Positions 13,445 to 26,965 are shown, counted from the first letter of the stretch. The stretch is DNA of 64,000 nucleotides from Chlorokybus atmophyticus (GCA_009103225.1 RHPI01001965.1:77114-141113); one strand, 5' to 3'. Made by a program: numbers and translations. Notes: generated by a model not told the origin, from the sequence alone.

Positions 13445-13660
13445 GTGGACTTGTCATGCGTACAGGATATGCTGGCAGTAGTTGGAGACATGCATGACCT
13501 CACTCACAGCATGCCAAACAGCAACATGCAAGCACATTACAACACAACCACCGGGCTATACATACTGTTTGTCCTCACTACACTACACTAGTCCAGACCT
13601 CCCCGTTAGGCATGCATACATGCGTATTAGTAGCGCATTACCTGCCCACACGGGCTCTGT
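13445..13660. repeat. Dispersed repeat, copy 1 (about 215 bp)
   Basis: Shares long blocks with 20102-20317: actcacagcatgccaaacagca, acacaaccaccggg, ctcactacactacactagtc.agacctccccgt, acctgcccacacgggctctgt. Confidence 0.9.
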
Positions 13661-14265
13661 CAGTTGGTGTTGGCAAAGTGTCACACTCTCGTCCATGCCG
13701 CAATCCTTGAATTCTTCTTATATTACACATCAATGGTGTTCGTGCACCGCAACCAGTACAACAACTGAAGCGGCATCTGCAAGTGCAGGTTCTGCGCAGC
13801 ATGTCAGTGCATGCACTGTAAAACTAGTGACTTGGCATGCTAGACATCCGCTTCGATTTATCCATAATAAACTACATTCTCTGGACGAGTTGCATGTTGA
13901 CTGTCAGTAGAGAGGAGCCTGAGTGCTTGCTAGCTACCTGGTTGTACTCAGACAGGCAGCAGCAACACCAGCAGCATTGGAGGAGTCAACAATGACAAGC
14001 TTGTGACATAAGGTCTGTTTGGGTGAAGATCTCCGTCGGCGCATGCCCCAAAACTGCCAATGTTACTGTGTACTTATCATGACTGCACCAACAACCTTTG
14101 ACGCCAGAAATGCCATTTGGTCTAGGTAGGAAAGTGCCATATACAACAGCAGTGCAGTGCCAGTCCCATCGTCGCTCGTCGACTAACTCCATAGTCAATG
14201 AACTTGCACCATAACACCACGTGCCTCATGGCTTGCGCTTGTGCACATCATACAAATAAGAATTG

Positions 14266-17200
14266 TCACTGCGGATTGGGTGGCCTGCTGTTTGCGGCCG
14301 CAACCCTGCTACCCCATTCCAGCAGCTGCCCACAACCATAACAAAGCATCAACACCATGTCAACCATGGTGCGCACGAGCAACCACCTGTTGGTGTTGTG
14401 TTACCTCTTTAGAGCAATCATCGCGGTCAAGAATGACTTCAATAAAGCAAAGGGACTCTTTTTCTTCGCCGACAGCAGTGGCAATAGCCTCCTGAAGCTC
14501 CTCTTCTGTTGTCACACGCGTCACCCAACACCTACTCGCCACAAACACAAGTTTCCAAATAACATGAATAGCAGTATCAGGATGGTTGTCAAGGGAGGGA
14601 AGCAGCACGGTTGGTCAACTGCGGCATTTGCACCTGCCCTCATTGTTATGTATAGCCTTAACAACACCGCAATAGTCCCAGCGCTTAATGTTGTTGTACG
14701 GTCCGTCGTGTATCTGCACTTCAATCGTGTACCTGCAAGACAAGAGTTTGCTGATCCATCCACAAGCTGTAACATCAATGATACCAGTTCTTCAACAACC
14801 ATTCCTCACCCATCATTGTTGATAAGAAAGATGATTGGGTTAAGTCCATATCGTATCATTGTGCCAACATCCTGCGCAGTCACCTGCACAAAGGGGATTG
14901 TACATACAAAGCCACATGAAAAGTTGATTGCTTCAATTAGTAGTCAACGAGTGAAGCAACCAACAAACCTGGAAGCTGCCGTCTCCAATACACGCAATCA
15001 CGCGCTTGTCATTTGCAGCAGCATATCCAAGCGTCGCACCAACTGACCAGCCAATGGACCCGTATTGCATCTGAAACTCATACCTGTGTGATGGATGCAA
15101 CTCACCCAAAACTGCTTTCTAGCTGCATGCATGAATGCATGCATGCGGAGCTGTTGGTGGGCACGCAATGCATGAACGTCCGCAGCACTCACCCACAGCC
15201 TTCGGGCAGTCTCAATTTTTGGCAGTTGAACCACGAATCTCCAGTCTCAGCCAAAACAGCGGTGTCGGCAGAAAGAATTTTCTGTTGTGGGTTTCACGTT
15301 CCATCTCAACTTGCAGTAAGCTGGTGGCAAACAAGATACTCTGCGGAACACAGGCTTTACCGCACCTGTATGTGCTTGAAGAGTGTCACGCAGCGCAGCG
15401 GCTCGCCCTTTGCTTGCACAGGCGGCTCCGCCATCGGCACGTACATACGTGCATAGTTGATGTACGAAGTGGCGTTCTTTTTCACTCTCTCCGCCAGTGC
15501 CAGCAGGAAATCCTGTATCATTTGAGTGTGTTCACAAGTGCCAATTACTGCAGTCGAAAACAGCAGTTGACATGTACGACGCACATTCGCACTTAGGCAT
15601 GCTTGCACGCACGCACGCTTGCACAAGTAGTTAGATAAGCCAAAACTTAATGATGATGTGCAACCCCACCGTCATGAGGACGCAGCCGAAGCTCTGTTTC
15701 CCAGCAATGATGACGCGATCTTTCTTGACCTGGATCATCTTCTCCTTGCGCAGCAGCAGCGAGTAGCCCACTGAGGTGTAGTCGTTGAACACGCCGCCCA
15801 CCACCACGCACGCGTCGGATGACTCGACTATCTCCGCACAGCACGGCGACGACACCTACAAGATAAAATTTGGTTAATCTTGTATGATCCTGCTATGAGC
15901 TGCACACAAGACAGTACACTATATTGCACTGCACGGCACCACACAATTCCACATCAGTAAACAATACTCAACTAGGATACACTACACTGGAGGTTGTAGA
16001 GCATTGGTTGTCATGCCAAAAGGGCATATGCAAGTATACTGCTAGTCTCATAGAGACAGGAAGCATGCATGCATGTAAGGGCACACATTGCGCTGATGAG
16101 AAAGCAGTGTTCACTATAACCGCTGTACGAGGTAACATGTACAACTTACCGGGCCCCAGTAGTTGCCGATGTAGTGCGGGTGCCCTTCTGGAAACAGTCC
16201 CTTTCCATCGGGCATGACGGCGACGGCATAATTACTCGCATCAGCAAGCTTGACCACTTCATCCTGCGCCAACACATACATTGGATGTGTATATATGTCG
16301 CGCAGTCACGCATTCACAGATATCAACTGACATCAATCATCACGTATACCTGTTGCTACGTGTGTGTGCAGGCGTACGTACATGAGAATATGTGTCTGGT
16401 TACATGCATGATAGCCCACCATAGCTTTGGCGGTCTTTGTGAGGTGGCCGACAATAATAACAGGTTTGACGGCACTATTGAGGAACTCCACAGCGGCTTC
16501 AATGGCGGCGCGAACGCTCTCACTGTTGCTTTGCTTGTGCGTTATTGCGTACGGGACGGGAAGCTTCGCAAAATGGGGATGCGTCAACCCTGCATGAGAC
16601 AATTTATCATGGTACGCGCGTGGGTGTGCGTGCGCACACTCTTGCGCGTGTGTACGCGGGCATGTCTATGTGTGGCTTGCAGTCGTACTGTTGCTATATG
16701 TCAATATAAGCCTTCCATGTGAACACATGCCACATACCTACATATTGCAACGACGTTGGGTTTACTCACCAGCGATGTTGCATGACACGCTAATGTAAAC
16801 GGGTCTTGAGTAAAAGAGTGCACTGCTGAAGGCACGATCAATCAGCTCGTAAGCATCCTCAACTGAATTGATGACAACCTGATCAACGGTAACCTGCGCA
16901 TGCGTTGCGTACAATTAGCACAGCTTCATCACTGGCAACAACATGAGTAGCACGCACACATGTGTGTACAGTGTCACGCATGCACACACGCACGTACACA
17001 CTTACTGGCTTGAAGCATTCCAACTCCTGCCCGAAATTGGGCAAGCCGATGGTGTGATGAAGTATGCGGTTGGTGCCAAAGTCGTTTGAGTTGGGTCCTC
17101 CCACTATGCAGATGAGCGGCAGGTTCTCCGAGTATGCACCTATGCATGTCGAGTTCACAAATCACACAAGATGACTTGATTTTACATCCTGATGGCAGAA

Positions 17201-18491
17201 CAACAACCACTTGACTGTAGCATAAAGAAGCTGCAATGCGAAATCTAATGCACAATGTGTATCTGCGCACAATTGGATACACATAGAAGTGTAAATGCTG
17301 GCTTACACATGGACTCACATTCATACATGTACATGTTCGCGCGTCTAGACGCATACAAATATGGCGGTGTGTACGCATGTTTGTACTCAACAAGTGGACA
17401 TGCAGAACTGTTGACAGACATGCGCGTGTGCGCACGCGCACCCACACCCACACACAGTGTAAGTGTGTTTGCATGTAGCGTGTTCACGGAAGTGTGTGTA
17501 CAGCTAGTATAATCTTGTGTTAATCATTATGTGTGGACATGTACCTATATGTACGTAGATCAGAGCACAGTGCGTGCTCTTAACGTGGGTACATACCTTC
17601 ACCAAAACGTTGCCATCAAGTTCAGTTATTAGCAGACGTCTGCACAAACCAACCTGCGATGGCGTTAATGCACGAGAGCGAGCCAACTGTAAACGTGACA
17701 ATGCAGCAGCCGACGCCTCGCTTGCGCGCGTACCCATCTGCGGCGTACCTTGCATGGCATGGTGAGGTCAGCTGTGAGCAACCAACTTGCGAGAGAGGCA
17801 ATGCATGCATGAGAACTGTGGCTAATCCCCCCTCGCACGCGCGTGCGCCTTTGAGCTATCTGGCTCAATCACTCAATGTTAATTGAACATGCATGCACTT
17901 ATCAATCAATTAACCAAGCACTCAATCAAGCTTTCCAGTCTGCTTTAATCTTCGTTCAATTCATGCTCCATTGACTTGACAACTAACAGTTGCATAGCGA
18001 CTGACTCAACTTATTGAATCAAGTGAATCACGGGCTCACATTGCTGCCTACAAGCACACGTGTCAATACTGATGACTGCAAACCATCCATACAATTCAAA
18101 CAACCAAAGAACATAAACAAGAAGTGATTGCTACGCTCACCCTGCGTTCAGCTCATTGCAGCATCCAATCAAGCGCAGCTGTGGCTCTTTCAACAGCTGG
18201 TCCAGCAGGACCAAGTTGTAGTCGCCAGGAACAGAGAAGCAGTCCCTTACTCCCACCTATTGCGCAACGTGTATTTACCACCACCACCACGACAACAACG
18301 ACATCAACAAGAGCAACAACACCAGCAGCAGCTGCAGCAAGCCAGCACAGCCCAACTGAGCAATCAGCAGCAGCAACAGCAGGCGAGATGAATTTCAGAT
18401 AGCAAGCACCCACAACCAGTAAAACCCTAAATGAGCGCACCTCCACCAGGCGGGAGGCGATGTGCTGGCCGAGCGTCCTTTCACTCCCCAT
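14266..18491 (-). CDS. PDC: Pyruvate decarboxylase (TPP-dependent)
   Basis: Exons: [12 protein letters not shown]|[19 protein letters not shown]...CCNELNAG|[37 protein letters not shown], the TPP motif [11 protein letters not shown]...NNDGYTIE, and the C-terminus [19 protein letters not shown]. Confidence 0.97.
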
Positions 18492-20101
18492 CCTGAAGGA
18501 GCACAATCCGGCTGATCACAACGCACCATCATCGTTGCAGCATTAGCCCAGGCATTGGACACAGCACTTTTTTCAATCAACTGACCATCAAGCATGTGAG
18601 AAAGCAGCCACATTCATCTGTGCATGCTGCTGCTGCATTGCTTACTGGGCAGCTACCACCACTGGGCCAAACCTGCTCAGGCGGAGAATGGTTGCATGAG
18701 CAAACAGCGGGCGGCGAATAGGCCTCAAAGGACAGGAGCTTCTTAGGCACGAAGAGTTTCGCAGTAAACGCCCCCTGCGCCGCGAACGTGGACAGCGACG
18801 GCGGCGACGTCACTGGTTTAAGTTCTTTGGCCGACGTGGCTTATGAGTACAGCGTGGACAACGGCACGATTGTAAGCATAATGCGCCACACACATTATAA
18901 GACTGATGATTTAAGACTACAGATGACTCATTAGCACGGTGTCAATGACCCCGTGTCATCTGCCATCAGCAGAGTTGCAAAACAAGACAAGACATCAAGC
19001 CATGGTAGGCAGACATCTCTTCATCACAACAGACGTGGTCAATGACTTATTATAGTACGTAATACATGATGCTTTGTGGGAAATTCACATACTGACTTTT
19101 CCATCTTGCATTTGGTCTATTCCCCCGCTTTTATGCACAAGTGTGTGGTGGTGAAGGCGACACACATGTGCATTGTGTGTGGCATGGTAGGGTTATGAAG
19201 TGGTTGAAAATGAAAATCAGGTACGTTGTAGGTTACACGCATTCGGCCTGTGTCTGCGTGAGTATGTTGGTATGCAATAGTTGCCATTGTTGGGTTGGCA
19301 CATGTGGCACTCATTCATGTGTGTCATAATGATTGCTTATGGTGTGACACGCATGCAAGTTATCGCACACATTGCCACAACATGCTACATGTCCTTTATA
19401 TACAAAGTAGTTATCAGCATGTTGTTTGCTAATCACACTCTTTGTTTTAGAGTATAAGTTAATCGGCGCAACATGCATAGTTAGATAATGCGTAGCACGC
19501 AACACACCGTGCAGTAATCAGTAACTCACGCATGCAGTCAGCAGAAGCAAACAACAGGCACCATGCATATAATTACACACAAACCGGGGCCCTAAACTAC
19601 TCACTGAGTGCTACTATGTGCTGCTATTGCATGTTCTATGCATGCAACATTGCACACCACATTGCATGTACACTCCATTACGCCAACAATATAAGATCAC
19701 TGCAATATTAGCACAATTTCAGTTGATTTACAAGCCAATAGCTAGTCGAGCTGTAACGACATGGTAAATGTTGATGTATAAATGGTTTACAATTGTGAGC
19801 TGTGATTATTAATGTCATATTAAACATGTACAATGCATCTCTGTAAGTTGCTAAGAGATCAAGGTCTTTTTCAACTGATTTGTTCCATTGACACCACAAA
19901 AAGTTAAGATGCAGACGTCTTGGCCAACATGAGGTACATATGGTGACATATGACCAATCCGCATCGCATGCAAGCGATCACTGCACACAACGCACACCGA
20001 GAATACAAGCACAAGCATAAACTCATTGTTGAGCAGCCACATACCCACACGGTAAAGTTATTATTGAGGTTGCTTTGTCGTGTATATAAAGCTCAAAAGT
20101 A

Positions 20102-20317
20102 TTGGACTATGTACATGATATGCTGCCATTACTAGTAGACATGCATAACATAACTCACAGCATGCCAAACAGCATGCAAGCATATTGTAACACAACCACC
20201 GGGCCATACACACCGTTTGTTCCAGACTCACTACACTACACTAGTCTAGACCTCCCCGTCGTTGTAGACATGCATACATACGTATTAATTGTGCATACCT
20301 GCCCACACGGGCTCTGT
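20102..20317. repeat. Dispersed repeat, copy 2 (about 215 bp), same orientation as copy 1
   Basis: Alignable by eye to 13445-13660, with scattered substitutions and indels. Confidence 0.9.
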
Positions 20318-20692
20318 GCAATTCTATGGCCGGCAGGGGCAAGGAAGGCCACAAGCTGAGGTGTAGTGTCTAGCAGTACCCGCAAGCACAGAGAAGCAGA
20401 GGGGAAGATGAGCTCATAGGATGAGTTATGTACCGGCAACACTGACAACGCTGATGTCTATGCCCAACCCATCCCGCCATTACAGTTCAATCACAAGGTC
20501 CTTGCATACATGACATCCCCGTTGCATCTTGTGTACACTTGCCCACCCAACACCTACACTCTTCAAAGGGCTCAACACATTCAATTGTTAAGTCAATCTT
20601 GATTGGGTTTTGCACACGAGAACATATGTGCTAAGTCACACGTGCAACCTTGCCTTCCAATAACAAGAAACACCTATGTGCCAAGATCTGTG

Positions 20693-22340
20693 CTATACAG
20701 CGGCTTGTCTCAAGCTCTGAACGAGCCTAGTTAGCCGCTCACGGCATTCGCTAAGAATAAACACAGCAGCTGTAATACGAATAGCACGCGGCACAAAACC
20801 ACTATACAAAGTCCTCAATCCATTATCTTGCCATATCAACCGCAGCGTAGTGAACGCGGACTTGTAAGGCGAGTCCGCACCCAAGTTAGCTTGCATCCTA
20901 GTCTTTGTTGTATCGGCGGGATGCGTCACGATCGCCGCCAGCTGTCCTGCCGTTATGCTTGCGACGATGGAGGCCGTGTTGGGGCTCTCTGAAAAGAACT
21001 GTGAGGACCGCATCAGCTCCACCTTAAGCTGAGGACTGAGCGCCAGGTACGATGCTGTGTACACGCTCTCTCGGAATACTGTGGGCGTCTGTGCAGCACA
21101 ACACAGCAAACAGGTGATATCTCTGAGAATAAGCAACAAGTAGTGTCACACTACATAGAGCACTGCGCAAGAAGACAGCCACAACGTTGACAAACCTTTG
21201 ATCAGAATAGTATGCTCCAATCAACCATGCATTATGCAGGATGCAGGATGGATCCTGATCTGTTATGCTGTGACAACACAACAGAACACGCTTGCCTGTA
21301 CGTATTATCAACGGTATATGCGGTGATTGCAAGTGTGCATGCCTGAACAGACACATGCACCAAGCTAGTAGCGTCTGCCCCTGTGATGCATCACGGAAGC
21401 AACCATGCCAGGTGCACTTACAAATCCTTTGTACAAGCCCAGCAACCCGTAGCGCTCGACTACGCCTTTAGCAGTGGCCCCCAGTGACCCGCCCGTCTTC
21501 TGCTGCTGAATCATAATCAACTCAGCGGGCGTGGACACCAGTGCTGATGACGCACCCGCAAGGGTGGCTGCCAATGCACGGGTCGCGTCCGATGCTCCAT
21601 ACACTGTGGGCAACAAACCAGGTCACGTCTACAAGTACCAATGACATAGCAAAACAACGGCTGGGAAACGCAGATTGCTAACATATACGGATGTCCCTTT
21701 GCCTATTGCGTTGCAGAATATGCCTTGTACCTTTGCACGTTTGTTATGGCTATGCTGAGGTCGGCATTATGTTGCATGCAACTAGCGAATTCATGTGGCA
21801 AGATGCTCTGTATGCAAGCTTAGCATGCAAACAGACAAAGATAGTCCAAGACGGCACCAATCGCAACAATAATGACAACAACAACCAAGTTAAGAAGCAT
21901 GCCTTTGGATAGGGCCTCCTCAAATACGCCGTTTGCACCAAATTGGACAGCAGTGATAGGAACTATGCTGCCAGCGTTCACGGTTAAACCCCTGTACAGC
22001 TCCGTGAGTCTCGGCACGCTTCTTCCATCCTATAAGACAAATTGATGCAAGACGTCAACAATCTCAGACGCGCATAAGCAGCATTCTCGCATACCAGTGC
22101 TACTTTTACATGCAGAATTTCTTACGGTCCAGCAACATGCACAGCAGCATACCCCACTTGTACACTGCCGCTCCCCACCTGCAGGGCGTTCTTCCATGCA
22201 ACGGAAGGCTGCATAATGCAGACTTCAATGAATCCGGACACTCCACCTATGGCGGCATTGGCGATAGCAGGCAGGGGCTGTGGAAACGACTCCGTCACGG
22301 TCTCCACCGCCGCCTCATTTCCGCCGCCACCGCCGCCCAT
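20693..22340 (-). CDS. Mitochondrial carrier family (SLC25) protein, substrate unknown
   Basis: Four exons with three carrier repeats: QPSVAWKNALQ...LYRGL, TPAELIMIQQQ...LYKGF, HPADTTKTRMQ...LYSGFVPRAIR. ATG at 22340. Confidence 0.9.
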
Positions 22341-22448
22341 CTCCTCACCGCCCAGAGAGCTAAATTTGGGCACACATGTACACCGCACAAGAATTAGGGC
22401 TTTGCGCACAAGGTCGAGGGGCTCGCCGTATACAACGCACACAAACTA

Positions 22449-22486
22449 GTACCTTTACAGTACTAAGGTGGTACTACGACCGGTAC
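22449..22486. promoter_or_regulatory. Array of four phased GTAC cores (candidate SBP-domain/CuRE-type sites)
   Basis: GTAC at 22449, 22460, 22471 and 22483, in the divergent promoter between the carrier and GST genes. Confidence 0.4.
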
Positions 22487-23063
22487 TTGTTGGTTCCCCC
22501 GAAAAATGACGTCGCTCAGCTAGATCTAGCCAGAGTTCAACGACCTGTCGCGGTTAAGATGTTCTTTGGAACGTGCGCCTAACTGCGATATCTGCCTGCT
22601 ACACTGTACTAAGCCCATTTCAAACTGACTTCACTGAGATCCCGGTTTCCAGTTGCTGCTTCAACTGCGGTTACATTAACGGAGTCAGAATCTCGCGCAC
22701 ATTCGTTGGGTCTGACTCCCAATGCGCCGCACACTGCGGGTGAGCAGTGTTGTTCGCGCCAGGGCAGCCGGATGGGCTGCTTGTCTCTTGCAGCTTCCGC
22801 ATGGTTGAATAAGGTGTCCTGTTGCTGTCATTGTTGGCAACATCAGCGGGGTAAGTGTCCATGTTGGTGGCGTGCTTGAGTATGTGTCTGCATACGTGTT
22901 TTGCAACGTTTGGTTGAGCTCGGTGGTTGCTTGTCCCTGTCAGCATTGCCTTCAGCATTGTGGTGTTGTGCGTGCATGAGACCTGCTTAAGCTTTAGGTG
23001 AAGCTGGTTGCTTTGTTTGGTGGCAGCTGCTTATTGCGTTTGTGCTTGCAGCAAGTGCTCTCC

Positions 23064-25036
23064 ATGCGTGCGCTGGTTGCCGCTGGTTTCGCTGTTGTCA
23101 ACAGGCCTGCTCTGCTTTCTGCGCATTTGGCAGCCGTCGCTCCCAGGCGTGCGCCAACTGCCCCATCTCACCGATCTCTGCACGTGCAGTGCACGCCCTC
23201 TAGCCGACGTATTCAGCACCTGTCTGCGAACGCTTCCGCTGCTCCTAAGGTACGAGTTGCTAGGATGCCACCAGCAGCAAGCTTTGATTCTTGTTTATCG
23301 CCTAACAGTCTATTATCAAACGTCAGCATGACTGGTTCCGACCATGACTGCTAAGAGGTGCATGCCTGTGTCTCAGAGCATGGCTGATGTGTGCATTTGC
23401 TTCAGCGTGTAGGTGAAGCTCTAGGCCTGGCGCAGGGTCACTAGTAGTTGATGGTCTTAGCAGTAGCAGTCAGAGAGGTCCGTCCGTCAGTAGCCGCTCA
23501 TGGCTGCCGGCGGTTTTGTTCAGGCGCAGCAGCCATGAACAGCCGGGGACTGTGTTGGTTGGGAGTGTTGCTGGTTGCGGCGCTGGTTGCGCCTGAGTTG
23601 GCCCGGGCCACGACGCAATGCGAAGATGGTCAAGATGCTGGAGATGGAATCTGCACGGCACGTGCATGCATAGCATTTGAGAATCGCTGCCATTCGGTCC
23701 TGTGTGTAGTGGCAGTCGCAAAGTCGATGACTTGGTGCATAATCTCAGTACAGTGTAGGCGCTGCAATGTGTGGATTAAGTCCCCCCCCNCCCTAACACA
23801 CAAGGGTCTTTGCCTAGCCGAGCAGTTTGTTAATCAGTTGGCTGCAGTCAGTTGTGCATGCTTCTGCATTTTTACACTTGGTTGCCATTGCTGCTGTATT
23901 TTGCGAAGCCACACCTTTGGCAACTGATCTGCCTTTGCAGGTCGACTCCAAGTCAGCGTCAACAGCTATCACAGGCATGGGCAAGATTCAGTTCTACGGA
24001 TGGGGTACGCCAAACGGCCACAAGGTATTTAATCCATACAGCATCTGTCTCAGTTCTGTATCTGGCTGCAGGTCTAGCTGTTAAGCTGGCACAGAACAAT
24101 GCTCGCATAGTGGTCTCACCAGTACTGGGTAACACCGCAGATAGGCATTGCCTTGAAGGAGCTGGGAGTGGACTATGAAACACACTTCATCAACATCGGT
24201 AAGGGTGATCAGAATTCGGAAGAGTACATCAAGATCAACCCGAACAGCAAGATTCCAAGCATTGTTGACCCCGAGGGACCAGGTTTGTGGCTGAGTCTGC
24301 AAGCTTGCGCATGGCGGTCAAGCTGTAGGTGTACCTGTGACACTTTATACTCATTTGTGCAGATGGTGGCCCCATCACCGTTTTCGAGTCTGGTGCCATC
24401 TTGATCTATCTTGCGGAGAAGTATGGCAAGCTGCTGGGCTCCACTGGCACCTCACGCATGGCTGCAATCCAGTGGACCTTCTTCCAGAATGCTGGTGTAG
24501 GACCAATGATGGGCCAGTTCGCTCATTTTGCCATGTTTGCCAAGGTTCGTCACACATGCATGCACGGTTATTTGTATCAAGACACCACTTTGTGTACAAG
24601 TATGGAGTCTCATGCTGCATGTGACAATGTGAGGGACTGCAAAAGGCTGAATCAAGTGCAGGATAAGTGCCAAGATCCGTACCCAACCGAGCGTTATGCC
24701 GGGGAAGTGAAGCGCCTGCTTGGAGTACTGGAGAAGCAGCTTTCAGGTAGTTCACCAGTGTGCCTTGACATATGAGCGATCTGTCTGCCTGCTTACTGAT
24801 CTGACCAAGTTGTGCGTCTGTCCACAGACAAGCCTTACATTGCTGGAGAGGAGTATACCATTGCAGACATCACCACCTACCCGTGGGTTAGCTCACTTTT
24901 CACCCGCTTCCCCCCGGCCATCCGCGAACAGCTTGGGGCAACAGACCTGCCCAACCTGCAGGCTTGGGTTGAACGTGTTGGTGAGCGCAACGCTGTCAAG
25001 GAGGGCATTGCTGCAACTACCCCGCCACCCGCTTAA
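23064..25036 (+). CDS. Glutathione S-transferase / disulfide oxidoreductase, YfcG/YghU (Nu)-like, with candidate alternative first exons
   Basis: Core from 23941: MGKIQFYGWGTPNGHK|IGIAL, INPNSKIPSIVD, VFESGAILIYLAEKYG, GVGPMMGQ, YIAGEEYTIADI; stop at 25036. The 5' exon choice (23064 or 23535) is inferred. Confidence 0.9.
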
Positions 25037-25792
25037 ATTTGAAGTGTAAATCAGCATGGCAATCGTCTTGGTTTTTGATGTTGACGTAGTAAATAAACTC
25101 CATTGTGCCGTGTATGTGAATAGTGTCTGGCATACAGTCCCAACAGGCATTGTTTGTGAGCTCAGTTTGTACTTGGTCTACCACTTCAGCAACCCACACA
25201 CACAAAGTCCACATGGATGTTTCAGTGTGGCAGTCTTTTGCAATTTGAGTGGTTTCCATAAGAATGGTAAACTGCTGTGCCTGCATGTGCAGTGTTGAGC
25301 ATACTGCACATTTGTAATGACCAAGTAGCTGTGCAATAGTTCAAGATGGAATGTGCGGACATGCAATTTGGCAACGAGTCAGTGTGAGCGCATTTGTTGG
25401 TGCGCATGAGTACCCGGTGGTGAATGTACGGATCATGATGAAGTATGCTGATTGTTTGCATGAATGGAGCATGCTCATGCATGCCACAACTCTCGCATCC
25501 TATGTGTTGTACACCCAAACATTAAAAGTATCAGCTGCACATAATGTGCTGTTATGTGTCTTCCTGTTGCATGCGTGTACATGTGTCCAATATGACATAA
25601 ACCCCTTGCAGACTTTTGCAGTGTGTACATTGCGTGGGTATGGATATTCCCAATACATGAAGTAGCGGTCATAGTTGGCGGTGTGGCATGTTGTATGTGC
25701 TTCGAATGTGTGTGAGCGTACATGTACACCACCGTACCATACCCCTTATATACACCTTAGTTACCGTCGTAGGCCATTAACCTCCCCCCCCC

Positions 25793-26180
25793 NNNNNNNN
25801 NNNNNNNNNNNNNNNNNNNNNNNNNNNNNNNNNNNNNNNNNNNNNNNNNNNNNNNNNNNNNNNNNNNNNNNNNNNNNNNNNNNNNNNNNNNNNNNNNNNN
25901 NNNNNNNNNNNNNNNNNNNNNNNNNNNNNNNNNNNNNNNNNNNNNNNNNNNNNNNNNNNNNNNNNNNNNNNNNNNNNNNNNNNNNNNNNNNNNNNNNNNN
26001 NNNNNNNNNNNNNNNNNNNNNNNNNNNNNNNNNNNNNNNNNNNNNNNNNNNNNNNNNNNNNNNNNNNNNNNNNNNNNNNNNNNNNNNNNNNNNNNNNNNN
26101 NNNNNNNNNNNNNNNNNNNNNNNNNNNNNNNNNNNNNNNNNNNNNNNNNNNNNNNNNNNNNNNNNNNNNNNNNNNNNNNN
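25793..26180. other. Assembly gap (388 N) flanked by poly-C tracts
   Basis: A run of n, with C homopolymers on both sides (25784-25792 and 26181-26205). Confidence 0.99.
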
Positions 26181-26965
26181 CCCCCCCCCCCCCCCCCCCC
26201 CCCCCTTTTTTCAAATGAGTGAAAATGGGTTGTGGATGAATGCATAATAACGCTTAAGGTAATGCGCAAAAATAGAGCATTAGCATGGCACCTTGCACCG
26301 TGATATTATTATGGATTGGGCTTGCGCTCTTAAGCTCGGACAATGCGTGCAACATGTTATTATGTGTGTTGTACAACACACACAAGCGAGTATGCAATAT
26401 TGGTGTACGTGAAACACAAGCACTGCACATCAGCAAACATCAGGTGTGGGCAGCATTGAGCGTGCTCCAGAATCGGTTGCCGGCTAAGTCCATGGTCCAG
26501 CTTGTTTTTTGTCACATGATGTGACTATGATATGCAATGTACTTCACAATGCATAACATCAAGCCATTAGTAGTCAACTTTCATCATTCATAGATGTTGC
26601 AATTGGATGCACGAGAGAGACAGAGAGAGAACGAGAGAGAGGCCCATGACATGAACTGGAGTGTGGCATTACGCGCCCAGATATGTATGCCACGAGTTCA
26701 CTGAACCGTGATCGGTTCCTTGAAACCGTTGCCTTCACTGCGTTGGACCGAAAGCGGTTCAAGTAGTTGGCGACTCTGCAGATATTCACCAGCCAAGTGT
26801 AGGGAGTTCAGCAATCCAACATAATGGATCAGTGATCCTGACAGACTTAGGGTTTGAGGCGACGTGGCTGCAGGAGCGCGAGCCTTCGCCGCCGCTGCCG
26901 CCGCCTGCTTCGCTTCATCCTCGTGGACGTGGCTCTGCGAGCCTCAGCGGCCGGCCTGGTGATGG

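Noticed and set aside
25675-26269. Long ORFs across the N gap, and ERERER/SLSLSL ORFs near 43 kb
   Set aside because: These are artefacts of translating N runs and dinucleotide microsatellites.
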